Counted from the stretch's first letter, positions 18,280 to 28,581 are shown. The stretch is DNA of 64,000 nt from Candidatus Aenigmatarchaeota archaeon (GCA_016432325.1 CP066684.1:800001-864000); one strand, 5' to 3'. The notes: a model not told the origin generated them from the sequence alone. Program-made: numbers and translations.

Positions 18280-20322
18280 ATGGCGACGCTTGTCATCGCG
18301 GAAAAGCCCAAGGCCGCAGAGAAGATTGCCGCCGCGCTGGGAACGCCTAAAGCGTCAAAGAAGGGCAAGGCCGTTTTTTACGAAGTGCAGCACGACGGAG
18401 ACACTATTTACGTCGTCCCGTCTGTCGGTCATATCTTTTCTTTAAAACAGAAAGGCAAAGGATGGACTTACCCAATCTTCGATATCGAGTGGCTGCCTTC
18501 GTTCGAGGTTTCGAAGAGCTCCAAGTTCACCAAAGCGTATTACGACAATCTGGCGAAGATTGCAAAGAAATGCAGCGATTTCGTCATCGCAACGGACTTC
18601 GATACGGAAGGTTCGGTCATCGGTTACAACATTCTTCGCTTCATCTGCGAAACGGACGACGCGAGGCGTATGAAGTTTTCGACGCTCACGACGGACGAGC
18701 TCCGCGAGGCGTATGAAAGCGCGGGTCCCCTCGACACGCCGCAGATAGAAGCCGGCCTTGCGCGGCACGTGCTCGATTGGCTATGGGGCATCAACGCGTC
18801 CCGCGCGCTTACAAAAGCCATAAACTCCGGCGGCAAGGGCTTCACTTTGATGAGTACGGGACGCGTTCAGGGTCCGTCGCTGAAACTGCTCGCAGATCGC
18901 GAACGCGAAATCCGCGCGTTCAAGTCCGAACCCTACTGGGACATCGAGGCTGACGTCGACGGTCCGTTGACCGTGTTCTGCGAAGAAGAACACATCCCCG
19001 AAAAGGAAAGGACAATTGAGATAAAGGACGCTTGTGGAAAAACGGCCACCGTAGAATCGCTGGACAAAAAGGAGTACAAGCAAGCGCCTCCGACGCCTTT
19101 CGATCTGACGTCGCTGCAGATGGACGCCTACGCCGCTTTCGGATTTTCGCCTTCTGCGACGCTGTCGCTCGCGCAGTCGTTGTATACGGAAGGATTGATT
19201 TCGTATCCGCGCACGTCTTCGCAGAAACTGCCGGCGAAGCTCGGTCTTGAGCGTATCTTGAAAGCGCTGGCCGAGCAGAAAGCCTATGCGGCGCACGTAT
19301 GCTCGCTTCCAACTCCTCTGCAGCCGAACGAAGGCCCGAAGAGCGACGCGGCTCACCCGGCGATACACCCCACTGGAGAAAAGCCCGCGGCGTTGACGGC
19401 AGACCAGAAAAAGCTCTACGACATGGTCGTTCATCGTTTCATCGCGACGTTCGCGAAGCCCGCGACGCGCGAAACCGTCAGGCTCGTGCTGGACATAAAC
19501 GGCATCGCGTTCTCCGCGTCCGGAAACAGAACCGTGGATCCTCAATGGCGCGAGATTTACAAATTCTCGAAGCACAAGGAAGTCATTCTTCCCGCACTGA
19601 CGAAGGGACAGGAGCTGAACGTTCTGGACGTTCGCGTTCTCGACAAGGAGACGCAGCCGCCGAAACGCTATACAGAAGCGTCGCTTGTCCACGAACTCGA
19701 GAAAAGGTCTTTGGGCACGAAAGCGACGAGGTCTGAGATCATCCGCACGCTCTACGAACGTTCATACGTCAAGGACAGGTCCATCGTTGTCACGGAACTC
19801 GGTCTCGGGGTCATAGGCACGTTGGAAAAGTATGTGCCTGAAATCCTCTCCGAGGAGATGACCCGTTCGTTCGAGCAGGAGATGGAATCTATAATGGAGA
19901 ACAGGTCCACGAAAGAAAAGGTCATCGAAGGCGCGAAGAAGGAACTGACGACGCTTCTGGTGAAGTTCAAGGACCACGAGAAGGACATAGGCGCGGAGCT
20001 TGGTCCGCTGCTCGCCGAGACGCGCAAGCGTGCGTACACTGTAGGCCCGTGCCAGAAGTGCGGCGGCGAGCTGAAGATTGTGACAGCCAAGGCATCCAGG
20101 AAGCGCTTCGTCGGTTGTACAGGATATCCGAAGTGCGAATCTGGCTACCCGTTACCCCAGTACGGCCTGATAAAGACAGGCGGCGTGAAGTGCAAGACGT
20201 GCGGTCTGCCGACGGTCTTGATAATAAGGAAGGGCAAGAGGCCGTGGAACATGTGCATAGACCCGAAGTGTACGTCTAAGACGGAGTGGGGCAAGTCCAA
20301 GGATGCCGCGCAAACACCTTGA
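18280..20322 (+). CDS. topA: DNA topoisomerase IA
   Basis: IAEKP, ATDFDTEG, GRVQ, ISYPRT, AHPAIHPT, LGTKATR, C-terminal Zn ribbons. Confidence 0.96.
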   Translation: MATLVIAEKPKAAEKIAAALGTPKASKKGKAVFYEVQHDGDTIYVVPSVGHIFSLKQKGKGWTYPIFDIEWLPSFEVSKSSKFTKAYYDNLAKIAKKCSDFVIATDFDTEGSVIGYNILRFICETDDARRMKFSTLTTDELREAYESAGPLDTPQIEAGLARHVLDWLWGINASRALTKAINSGGKGFTLMSTGRVQGPSLKLLADREREIRAFKSEPYWDIEADVDGPLTVFCEEEHIPEKERTIEIKDACGKTATVESLDKKEYKQAPPTPFDLTSLQMDAYAAFGFSPSATLSLAQSLYTEGLISYPRTSSQKLPAKLGLERILKALAEQKAYAAHVCSLPTPLQPNEGPKSDAAHPAIHPTGEKPAALTADQKKLYDMVVHRFIATFAKPATRETVRLVLDINGIAFSASGNRTVDPQWREIYKFSKHKEVILPALTKGQELNVLDVRVLDKETQPPKRYTEASLVHELEKRSLGTKATRSEIIRTLYERSYVKDRSIVVTELGLGVIGTLEKYVPEILSEEMTRSFEQEMESIMENRSTKEKVIEGAKKELTTLLVKFKDHEKDIGAELGPLLAETRKRAYTVGPCQKCGGELKIVTAKASRKRFVGCTGYPKCESGYPLPQYGLIKTGGVKCKTCGLPTVLIIRKGKRPWNMCIDPKCTSKTEWGKSKDAAQTP

Positions 20323-20360
20323 CATACCCGTTATTAATAGATTCGTCCTCTATCCGAAGT

Positions 20361-21224
20361 ATGCTATTGGACTTTGTCGTTGATGGCCATGGCAAAACCA
20401 AGATCTTTGTCGAACGGCTTGAAACGCTTTTTGGTGCGACGTTTGTGGCGGCGTCACCGAACCACCCGCTGAGCCATGGAAAGCCTCTGGGAAGTTTTAC
20501 CGGAGCATACGCGGCCAATCCCGTCAACAACGAGAAAATTCCTGTTTGGGTTGCGGCGTATGTCAGAGACGGAGCCGTCGCGGCCGTTCCCGCTCACAGC
20601 CAAGCGGACTATGTGTTTGCAAAGGAACACGGACTACCCATCAGAACAGTAATCGAACCGCTAACAGGCGAGCCTCAGCAAAATCCCGAACTCCGACGCA
20701 GTATAGTCGCGCTTGTTGCAAATCCGCAGACAAACCAAATCCTCTCCATTAACTGGGGGCCGCAGGCCGGAGGCAATCTTCTCATAGGAGGCGGCCGCGA
20801 AGAAAATGAAGATCCCGTTGAGTGCGCTAAACGGGAGATAGCCGAAGAGACAGGGTATAGAGACGTGACGTTGGTCGCACAGTCCGAGCGCATCCACCAC
20901 CGCTACTTTGCGCACTCGAAGAACAAGGCTCGCCAGATAGAAGCGATCGGCCTTTTCTTCAATCTGCAGAGCAACGAAAGGATAAATCCAAAACTAGAGG
21001 CAGACGAAGTTGGCAGGTTTAAAGTCGAATGGCTTTCCGAACCCGATGCGGCGGAACGGATCAGAGACGAACTCCATCGTTACGTGTTCGCCAAATTCAT
21101 CAGGGACGAAGTTCACAGCGGCGAAGGCATCCTCATTAACTCCGGCAATTATAGCGGTATGAATTCGAGACAAGCCTGCGAACAGATGACGAAGGACTTC
21201 GTAACCCAGATCGAACAGCGTTGA
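20361..21224 (+). CDS. stand-alone bacterial-type LeuRS editing (CP1) domain with inserted NUDIX domain
   Basis: ETLFGATF, FTGAYAANPVN..IPVWVA.YV, VPAH, FAKEHGLPI, GILINSG.YSG; NUDIX box GGREENEDPVECAKREIAEETG. Confidence 0.8.
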   Translation: MLLDFVVDGHGKTKIFVERLETLFGATFVAASPNHPLSHGKPLGSFTGAYAANPVNNEKIPVWVAAYVRDGAVAAVPAHSQADYVFAKEHGLPIRTVIEPLTGEPQQNPELRRSIVALVANPQTNQILSINWGPQAGGNLLIGGGREENEDPVECAKREIAEETGYRDVTLVAQSERIHHRYFAHSKNKARQIEAIGLFFNLQSNERINPKLEADEVGRFKVEWLSEPDAAERIRDELHRYVFAKFIRDEVHSGEGILINSGNYSGMNSRQACEQMTKDFVTQIEQR

Positions 21225-21262
21225 GTAAAACGTTATTTATTCTGGACGCGCGCACGTAAAAC

Positions 21263-22915
21263 ATGCGCAAGGGAGTCTCGGCGTTGATAGTGTCCATATT
21301 CCTGGTTATCGTGACCGTTGCGCTCACATACGCGTTCCTCGCATGGTCGCAGAGCACGCAGCAGGAGATTCAGGAACGGGTCGGCGAAGGAGGCGAGCGC
21401 CAGACCGGTTCGTTAAGCGCAGGCCTCGCCGTCGTCGCAGTCGCAGACAACCAAATCTCGATAAAGAATACCGGCAGGAACGTCGTCGAGACGTCAAAGA
21501 TAGACATTCTTATTGACGGCAAGAGGGCGGCGAGCGTCCCGGACCGCGCGAGCATAGGGCCGGGTCAGGTGGCTGTCGTGAACGTAACGAACTTCGTGCC
21601 CGGCGTGCGCAAGGTGCGCGTCTCCGGACCGCTTGGCACGTCTGACGAAACGCAGGAGCCGCTCCTGTATCCGGGCACTGTCGCCTTCTACGACTTTTTG
21701 CCAGAAGACGAAGCGAGAGTCAAAGACAGCGCCGCAGGACACAACGACGGCGCGCTTAACGGGACGACTGAGCTTGCACTGCATTTCGATGAGAGCCGCG
21801 GAGACCTCGCACAGGACGCGAGCGTGAACGCTAACGACGGGATTCTGAAGAACGGAGCAACGTGGACGTCGGGCGTGAGCCGCAGCGGCGTGAAGTTAGA
21901 CGGTTCCAACGACTTTGTGGAGGTTTCACACTCCACATCACTCAACGCAGTCAACGCATGGACGCTCGAAGCGTGGGTCAACGCCGACGCTTTTGCAAGC
22001 GAGTCTTACATAATATCCAAGCAAGCCGCTGGGAGCGTACAGACACCTTACGGCATGGCAATCAAAGGCAGCGGCGGAACCCTGACGGCATGGTACTACG
22101 ATTCGGCATGGCGGGAAGTGCCCTATAGCTTTGCTTTCCAGCCCGGCGTTTGGTATCATGTCGCGGCGACCTTCGACGGCACGTCGATCCGCGTATACCT
22201 GAACGGAGAACAAAAAGCTACAGGAGCGTCAGGCGGTTCGCCTCCGAGCACAACAGCCCCTGTTTCCCTTGGGTGGTCTGGCGGATATGCCGATGCGGCG
22301 CATGCTTGGAAAGGCACAATAGACGAAGTGGCAATCCACACACGTGCGCTCTCGCCTCAAGATGTCAAAAAACGTTTCGACGCCAAGCGCGTTCTCTTCT
22401 CCGATTACGTTGACGGACCATTGAACTCGGCGCTGAATCTCGACGGGCGTTCGCATGTGCGCGTCCCGGATTCGCAGGCGCTTGACATATTCTCCACCAT
22501 AACCATGGAAGCGTGGGTGAGCCCCAAACAGTCGTCGGGCCAGCAAACCGTGCTCTGGAAGGAAGGCGCGTACGCTCTGTGGATCGACTCGGCGAACAGG
22601 ATAACGGCCCGCGTCTGGCCTCAGGGAAGCAGCGCCGCGCAGATAACATCTGACGTAGCGTTAGGCGCGAACTCCTGGAGCCACGTTGTCGCGACAGCCG
22701 ACGGAGAGACTCTCGAGATATACGTCAACGGCGCGCTCGTCAAGTCAGGCACCTACGCTGGGCAGATACAGCCCACGGAAACCCCGCTGTTCGTGGGAGC
22801 AGCGGACGCATCTCTGACGAATCCCTTTAACGGCGCCATCGAATACGCGGCCATCTACAAGACCGCGCTCTCCGCAGACCAAATAAACGAGATATACGAC
22901 GCCGGAAAGGCCTAA
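21263..22915 (+). CDS. pilin-like N-terminus + tandem LamG-like domains
   Basis: MRKG|VSALI class III signal; WTLEAWV, WYHVAATFDG, GTIDEV repeated. Confidence 0.88.
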   Translation: MRKGVSALIVSIFLVIVTVALTYAFLAWSQSTQQEIQERVGEGGERQTGSLSAGLAVVAVADNQISIKNTGRNVVETSKIDILIDGKRAASVPDRASIGPGQVAVVNVTNFVPGVRKVRVSGPLGTSDETQEPLLYPGTVAFYDFLPEDEARVKDSAAGHNDGALNGTTELALHFDESRGDLAQDASVNANDGILKNGATWTSGVSRSGVKLDGSNDFVEVSHSTSLNAVNAWTLEAWVNADAFASESYIISKQAAGSVQTPYGMAIKGSGGTLTAWYYDSAWREVPYSFAFQPGVWYHVAATFDGTSIRVYLNGEQKATGASGGSPPSTTAPVSLGWSGGYADAAHAWKGTIDEVAIHTRALSPQDVKKRFDAKRVLFSDYVDGPLNSALNLDGRSHVRVPDSQALDIFSTITMEAWVSPKQSSGQQTVLWKEGAYALWIDSANRITARVWPQGSSAAQITSDVALGANSWSHVVATADGETLEIYVNGALVKSGTYAGQIQPTETPLFVGAADASLTNPFNGAIEYAAIYKTALSADQINEIYDAGKA

Positions 22916-23007
22916 GGGACGATTGCGAGGCTCTTCAGGAGGAAGTAGAATATGACAAGTCCTAGAATAATCATCATCACTGTTAGCTGGTCGATTTTGA
23001 ATTCCAT
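22912..23007 (-). CDS. 31-aa single-pass membrane microprotein
   Basis: MEFKIDQLTVMMIILGLVIFYFLLKSLAIVP; ATG overlaps the upstream stop (TAATG). Confidence 0.55.
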   Translation of the reverse strand: MEFKIDQLTVMMIILGLVIFYFLLKSLAIVP

Positions 23008-23225
23008 TATCCCACCCTCTCTTCGAGGTCCTTAAGACGGGGTTCTATGACGAATTTCAGATAACCCACAATATAAAAGGATAGCGCAGCTGTCAAGACG
23101 AGATATTTCTGCGGTTCGGTTAAGAAGCCAGTATAGAGTATCTGGTATATTATCCACAGGGTTGGCAGTACGAGACTTGCATACCTCAGAAACCTCTCCC
23201 ATCCATTTCTTGGCATGGATAGCAT
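23007..23225 (-). CDS. small two-TM membrane protein
   Basis: hydrophobic ORF, probable start 23225 or 23216. Confidence 0.55.
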   Translation of the reverse strand: MLSMPRNGWERFLRYASLVLPTLWIIYQILYTGFLTEPQKYLVLTAALSFYIVGYLKFVIEPRLKDLEERVG

Positions 23226-23329
23226 GATTAGGCTTCTAATACTTAAAACAGGCACTACCACTGTGTACGAGAAGCCGCGCTTCTCGACATGCCGGGAAGC
23301 GCCGTTCCCGTGCACAGGGGTAATGACGT

Positions 23330-23980
23330 ATGAAGCAGCTTTTTGACGGAGTCTACGAAAAGAATGGCACGCTTCTCACGCTCAACGCGCGGCCGGGCCA
23401 GCGCGCCTATACGGAGAAACTCGTGAACGTCGGGAACAAGGAGTACAGAGAGTGGATTCCTTCCAAGTCGAAGCTCGGCGCGGCGATAAAAAACGGCCTG
23501 AAGACGTTTCCTTTCACGCGCGCTAGCGCCGTACTCTATCTCGGCTCTTCCACAGGCACGACGCCGTCCCACATCTCCGATATCGTCACGGACGGGACTG
23601 TTTTCTGCGTTGAATTCGCGGAGCGCGTCATGCGCGAATTCCTGCATTTGGCCGAGCAGCGCAAGAACCTGGTCCCGATTCTGGCCGACGCCCGCAAGCC
23701 TCAGGACTATGCGTGGGTCGGTTCCGTGGACGTCGTCTACGAGGACGTGGCGCAGCCGGACCTTGTGGAGATAGGAATCAGAAACGCCGAACGTTTCCTG
23801 AAGGACGGCGGTTGCCTGATGGTAGCGATAAAGTCGCAGAGCATCGACGTCACCGAAAAGCCGGGCGTTACGTACAAGGCGTGCGAACGCAAGCTGAGGG
23901 ACGCAGGCTACAAGGTCGTTGAGACGATTATTCTGGAGCCGTACGAGAAGGACCATGCGATGATTGTGGCGAGGAAATGA
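23330..23980 (+). CDS. flpA: fibrillarin-like rRNA/tRNA 2'-O-methyltransferase
   Basis: SKLGAAI, VLYLG, GTTPSHISD, DVAQPD, KSQSID, LEPYEKDH. Confidence 0.95.
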   Translation: MKQLFDGVYEKNGTLLTLNARPGQRAYTEKLVNVGNKEYREWIPSKSKLGAAIKNGLKTFPFTRASAVLYLGSSTGTTPSHISDIVTDGTVFCVEFAERVMREFLHLAEQRKNLVPILADARKPQDYAWVGSVDVVYEDVAQPDLVEIGIRNAERFLKDGGCLMVAIKSQSIDVTEKPGVTYKACERKLRDAGYKVVETIILEPYEKDHAMIVARK

Positions 23981-23981
23981 T

Positions 23982-24087
23982 TGGTAGCGGGGGCACGATT
24001 TGAACGTGCGACCTCAGGGTTATGAGCCTTTAGCCAGCGTGCAAGAAGCACGTTGTCTGCGAGCACTCCAGGCTGCTCCACCCCGCT
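23982..24087 (-). tRNA. initiator tRNA-Met(CAT) with 28-nt intron at 29/30 (24029-24056)
   Basis: A1-U72 (AGCGGGG/CCCCGCT); three G-C pairs in the anticodon stem after intron removal; CCA encoded. Confidence 0.92.
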
Positions 24088-24110
24088 ATGAAGTAGACTG
24101 AGAAAATAGT

Positions 24111-24704
24111 CTATTTAACCGTGTCGAACGCCCGCATCTCTGAAATCTCCAGAGCCAGCTCCGTTGTCGGCGCGGCGTCGGCTTTCGCGGGGCGGAACTT
24201 TCTTACGGCCAGTCTGAGCGCTTCGTCAGGACCAGTGTAGCCGCCGAAGCGCAACTGCATCTCCATAATCGGTTTGGCGGCCGGTGTGAACGGTATGCCG
24301 ACGCTTTTCAGCGTGTGGTATATCTCATCGAGGGTTTTAGGTTCGATTTCTGTAGCGTTGTAAGATGGCCTGAAGCCTGTCGCGCCTCTCTTATTGTAGA
24401 CGTCCCACTGGTGGAACTTGTACTCGTATGCCTTGTCGTGCAGCTCTCCGGGCATGCCCTCGTGCTTCTCGGCCCGCGGGTCTTTCTCCACGCATTCGAT
24501 GGGCCCGTCTTCCGCGATGGATAATCTCTTCGCGCATTTGTAGACTTTGCTCTGCGATGCATCGAAGGCGCGGAGCCTGCGGCTGTTGGCTATGAAGGGA
24601 AGGCTCGGTCTCAGCTTCAGGCCATGGAACTCGTCTATCGTATCAAGAAGCGGGGTATCCAGAGGGTCAGCGATGTCTATCGGCTTGCGCGGACTGGTTG
24701 CCAT
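24111..24704 (-). CDS. hypothetical protein
   Basis: ~197-aa ORF with typical codon usage. Confidence 0.6.
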   Translation of the reverse strand: MATSPRKPIDIADPLDTPLLDTIDEFHGLKLRPSLPFIANSRRLRAFDASQSKVYKCAKRLSIAEDGPIECVEKDPRAEKHEGMPGELHDKAYEYKFHQWDVYNKRGATGFRPSYNATEIEPKTLDEIYHTLKSVGIPFTPAAKPIMEMQLRFGGYTGPDEALRLAVRKFRPAKADAAPTTELALEISEMRAFDTVK

Positions 24705-24807
24705 GCGTTGCACCAGAACGGTTTAATACCCAAACGGATAAATAGCCTTCATGTTCGCCCGTTCGCGTCATGGCTCCCGGAACGGGGATAATGGAACCCG
24801 CGGTTCC

Positions 24808-25926
24808 ATGTTTGCCAGTTACCAGTCGTGCTTTTCGTGCAAGGCCCGCTATCGCGCGAACGAGCGCGTCTTCCGCTGCGAGCGCTGCAAAGGCTCGCTC
24901 TTGCTCGTGTACGACAGGCTGCCGCAGAGGAAGGCCGTGCGTTCGAAGGCCTTCGCGCTGACGCGTCCTCACCATTGGAAATACTGGATGTTCTATCCTG
25001 TTAGGCGCGAGCGCGCCATTACGATGGAAGAGGGAGGCACGCCTTTGTTGCAGAGCAAGACGCACAACCTGTGGTTCAAATATGAGGGTGAAAACCCGAC
25101 CGGTTCTTTCAAGGACAGGGGCTCTACAGTCGAGATAACGCATGCGAAGGAGTTGGGCGTCTCGCGCGTCCTGTGCGCTTCGACAGGCAACATGGGCGCG
25201 TCCGTTGCCGCGTACGCTTCACGCGCACACATGCAGGCCGAGATATGGCTACCGAAAGGCACGCCTCCTGTAAAGACGCGACAAATAAAGGCGTACGGCG
25301 GACGCGTGGTGCGCTACGGGCGCACGTACAACGAAACACTTGAGAAGACGTTCGAGCTTGCGAAGCGCGCATATCTTGCAGGCGATTACGCTTACAGACT
25401 CGAAGGACAGAAGTCTGTTGCGTTCGAGATTGCGGACCAGCTGAAATGGCGGGTGCCCGATTACGTGGTCGTCCCTGTCGGCATGGGCACTCTTGCCTTC
25501 GCCACGTACAAGGCGTTTGCGGAACTCGAAGCGCTCGGCTTGACGAGCAGGATGCCGCGGCTCGTTGCCGTGCAGGCTGCCGGCTGCGCACCTGTCGTTC
25601 AGGCGTTCGAAAAGAATTCGCACATGATAATACAAGTCAATAATCCGAGAACAATCGCGTCTGCAATCAACTGCGGCTATCCGAACTATGGTCATGAGGT
25701 TCTGCGCGCGCTGCGCAAGACGAAGGGCTTAGCCGTGGCCGTTACTGACAAAGAAATCATTGCGGCGCAGCGCGCGCTTGGCAAGGAGGGAATTTTCGCC
25801 GAGCCCGGAGGCGCGGCTTCGTACGCCGGATTTTTGAAGGCGGGCTTGAAAGGCTCTGTGGTCTGCGTAGTAACGGGTTCTGGACTGAAGGATCCGTTTG
25901 CTGGCGCGAAGAGGCGATCAAAATGA
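24808..25926 (+). CDS. thrC: threonine synthase (PLP, fold II)
   Basis: EGGTPL, NPTGSFKDRG, ASTGN, EGQKS, TGSGLKDP, N-terminal Zn ribbon. Confidence 0.9.
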   Translation: MFASYQSCFSCKARYRANERVFRCERCKGSLLLVYDRLPQRKAVRSKAFALTRPHHWKYWMFYPVRRERAITMEEGGTPLLQSKTHNLWFKYEGENPTGSFKDRGSTVEITHAKELGVSRVLCASTGNMGASVAAYASRAHMQAEIWLPKGTPPVKTRQIKAYGGRVVRYGRTYNETLEKTFELAKRAYLAGDYAYRLEGQKSVAFEIADQLKWRVPDYVVVPVGMGTLAFATYKAFAELEALGLTSRMPRLVAVQAAGCAPVVQAFEKNSHMIIQVNNPRTIASAINCGYPNYGHEVLRALRKTKGLAVAVTDKEIIAAQRALGKEGIFAEPGGAASYAGFLKAGLKGSVVCVVTGSGLKDPFAGAKRRSK

Positions 25927-26369
25927 GCCAGGAACACTCCGCAGGCGCGATAATCTTCAGAAACGAGAACGGTCGGCGCGTCTATCTTCTTCTCCACTAC
26001 ATTTCAGGCCACTGGGACTATGTGAAAGGCCACATAGAGAAGGGCGAATCCCTGGAAGAGACTGTCAAACGCGAAACGATGGAGGAGACGGGACTGAAAG
26101 ACCTGCGGTTCGTGCACGGTTTCCAGCACAAGATACAGTACTTCTTCCGCCGTGGCCGGACCACTGTAACGAAGGACGTTGTTTTCCTGTTGGCCGAGAC
26201 GCAAACCGCACGCGTAGTCGTTTCAGAGGAGCACAAGGGCTACGACTGGCAGCCTTACGCACAGGCGCTGGAGAAAACCACTTTTGAAACTGCGAAATCC
26301 GTCCTGAGAAAGGCCGAGGAGTTCTTAAACGTGTACGGGAACCAGAAAGTTCCAGACAATATTCGTTAA
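25923..26369 (+). CDS. NUDIX hydrolase (Ap4A hydrolase-like)
   Basis: GHWDYVKGHIEKGE...RETMEETG, SEEH. Confidence 0.9.
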   Translation: MSQEHSAGAIIFRNENGRRVYLLLHYISGHWDYVKGHIEKGESLEETVKRETMEETGLKDLRFVHGFQHKIQYFFRRGRTTVTKDVVFLLAETQTARVVVSEEHKGYDWQPYAQALEKTTFETAKSVLRKAEEFLNVYGNQKVPDNIR

Positions 26370-26571
26370 ACCCACGTTTTAAGTTTACGGTTGCCGCGGT
26401 AAATCGTTCCACGTCAGAGAAACGTTTCCACAGGAAATATACCCATAAATTAATCGGCGATTGACGTATATAGGGTTTTAAATGGTCGTCCCCCAGTTTA
26501 GGCTGTTCGAATGCCGAAACATTTGAACTTTTCGAACACGGTTCGAAAATACCCACTAGGGTGAAAAAACA

Positions 26572-26874
26572 ATGGCCATATTCGAGATAGGTGCATCGGC
26601 CGCGTCCACTGGTTTGAACCTTGGACTCGTGTTGCTGATCGTGCCGGTATTGGCCGAATGGGCGAAAGTCAGGAAGGGCTCTGAGAAGGCCTATGCCTGG
26701 ATAGCCGCAGGAGGAGTATCGTTCATACTCGCTTCGGCTTTCGGGGCTTCGGGAACTCTGAGCACATATGCGGCCAGCGCAGCGTCGTCTGGCTGGCTCC
26801 TGTTTGACGCCGTCGGCTTCATATTGGTGCTGGTTGGCGCTCTGATGGCGTTATACAACTCCGTGAGCGGCTGA
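26572..26874 (+). CDS. small three-TM membrane protein
   Basis: hydrophobic ORF with GGTGA RBS. Confidence 0.7.
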   Translation: MAIFEIGASAASTGLNLGLVLLIVPVLAEWAKVRKGSEKAYAWIAAGGVSFILASAFGASGTLSTYAASAASSGWLLFDAVGFILVLVGALMALYNSVSG

Positions 26875-26983
26875 AACTTTTGAACATGCCGCGACACAAA
26901 ACGCCGCGTTTTTCTTTGCTTCTCCATTTTTAACTGCCAATAGACGTACGTCTGCGCGACTTTATGGAAAGCTTTGAGAAAAA

Positions 26984-27151
26984 CTACTTCACGGACACCT
27001 TCATCAACGTGCGGTTTATCTTGCCGCACTTCTTGCAGAATATCTCCGTGCTGTAGGAGCCGTCGCCCGAAGGGCCGAGCTTCATGCCAGGAATGAGCAC
27101 TTCGAGCTTCGTTTCGCCCGAACCGCATCTCTTGCAAACGAGGTTCTCCAT
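26984..27151 (-). CDS. small zinc-ribbon protein (CKRC...CKKC), 55 aa
   Basis: Hand translation MENLVCKRCGSGETKLEVLIPG...FCKKCGKINRTLMKVSVK. Confidence 0.65.
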   Translation of the reverse strand: MENLVCKRCGSGETKLEVLIPGMKLGPSGDGSYSTEIFCKKCGKINRTLMKVSVK

Positions 27152-27226
27152 CTCTAGTATCACAATAACACCCTGTCTCTTCTAAGGAAAGAGAGGTATA
27201 TAAAGCTTTTCAGACCCATTAGAACC

Positions 27227-27790
27227 ATGCAAAAGGCGTATTTCAAAGGCTTTGGGCTGGAGATATTTGACACGGTTTACGCGCCACGGGAAGATACGGA
27301 ACTGCTTCTTGACATTCTTGACGTCAAGCGTGGCGAGCGCGTGCTGGAGATAGGAATCGGTTCTGGCGTCGTTTCCATCGCGGCGGCCAAACGAGGCGCA
27401 GATGTGACGGGCGCGGACATAAATCCGGAAGCCGTCAGGTGCGCCGAGAGGAACGCAGAGACGAACAACGTCCGCGCCACGTTTTTGCAGAGCGACCTTT
27501 TCGCGAACGTCAGCGGAACATACGATGCAGTGCTGTTCAACGCTCCTTATTTGCCTGTTGCAGAAGACCCAATCTGGTCCGCGGGCGAGAATCTGGAGGT
27601 TTTGGAGAGGTTCGCGCAGGGATTGGGCAAACATCTGAGACCGGAAGGACGTGCGTTGGTCGTAATATCATCCTTGACAGGCATTGAGAAGGTCAAGAAG
27701 ATGTTTGAGAAGAACGGATTCGCAGTTTCAATGGCAGGCGAAAGGAAGGTTCCAGGAGAGACGCTGTACGGCTTAAGAATAGAAACCTAA
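27227..27790 (+). CDS. HemK2/MTQ2-type protein methyltransferase
   Basis: VYAPREDT, LEIGIGSG, DINP, SDLF, FNAPYLP. Confidence 0.9.
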   Translation: MQKAYFKGFGLEIFDTVYAPREDTELLLDILDVKRGERVLEIGIGSGVVSIAAAKRGADVTGADINPEAVRCAERNAETNNVRATFLQSDLFANVSGTYDAVLFNAPYLPVAEDPIWSAGENLEVLERFAQGLGKHLRPEGRALVVISSLTGIEKVKKMFEKNGFAVSMAGERKVPGETLYGLRIET

Positions 27791-28581
27791 TTCTCTCCAG
27801 GCAGACGTTTGGTCATTTCCAGAGTGTTTACTATACCGTCCAGCTCCTTTTCCACGTTATCCGTCAGCTGGTTGAGGCGCGATATTGAAACCTCATCGTA
27901 TACGCCTACGTATCCCATCATCTGCTCGTCGAGTATCTTATCGAGCAGCTCGCTGAGATCGTTGTACAGGTCCATCTTTTCCGCTGTTTTGGCGTCTCTG
28001 GAGCTCTTCTCCACGACGCGCTTCATGTCAACTATCTCAAATTGCACGTGGAGAACTATGGCCGAGAACCCGGATTCCAATCGCGACATCCTATCCAGTT
28101 CGTTGACCGTTTGCGCGGTCTCCCAGTCGGCTATCATTTGGTCCAGCTTGCCTAACTCCCGATCGTAATTATTCACAAACGCGCCCAGCCCCGGCACTTC
28201 TTCCCGCAGGGGATGCAGCAGAAGACGTTCCTTATAGTTGGCCAGCATATCTCTGCGAGTCTTTCTCAACCCGACGGAGAAATGCTTCATCCCGTTTGCG
28301 AACGCGTGGAGTATCTTGGACAGCGGGTCCAGCCGTTCAAAACGCATCCTTTCCGCCTCGTCGGCAAGCGCGTTCTCCCGCAACAGATCTCTTATCTCAG
28401 TGATAACGACCCTGTAGAGCTTGTTGAGTTCATCCGAATGCTTGGCATACATGTCAAGATTGTGGGACTCGACGTCTTTGGACAGTTCGTAAAGCAGGAC
28501 TCTGAGCTCGTCGTTCTTCTTGTGCATCTTCTGCAGGATAGACGCGGCTCGCTCATCCATTGTCTTATGCAGGATTCCCAT
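27787..28581 (-). CDS. hypothetical helical protein
   Basis: 264-aa coiled-coil-like ORF. Confidence 0.6.
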   Translation of the reverse strand: MGILHKTMDERAASILQKMHKKNDELRVLLYELSKDVESHNLDMYAKHSDELNKLYRVVITEIRDLLRENALADEAERMRFERLDPLSKILHAFANGMKHFSVGLRKTRRDMLANYKERLLLHPLREEVPGLGAFVNNYDRELGKLDQMIADWETAQTVNELDRMSRLESGFSAIVLHVQFEIVDMKRVVEKSSRDAKTAEKMDLYNDLSELLDKILDEQMMGYVGVYDEVSISRLNQLTDNVEKELDGIVNTLEMTKRLPGEN

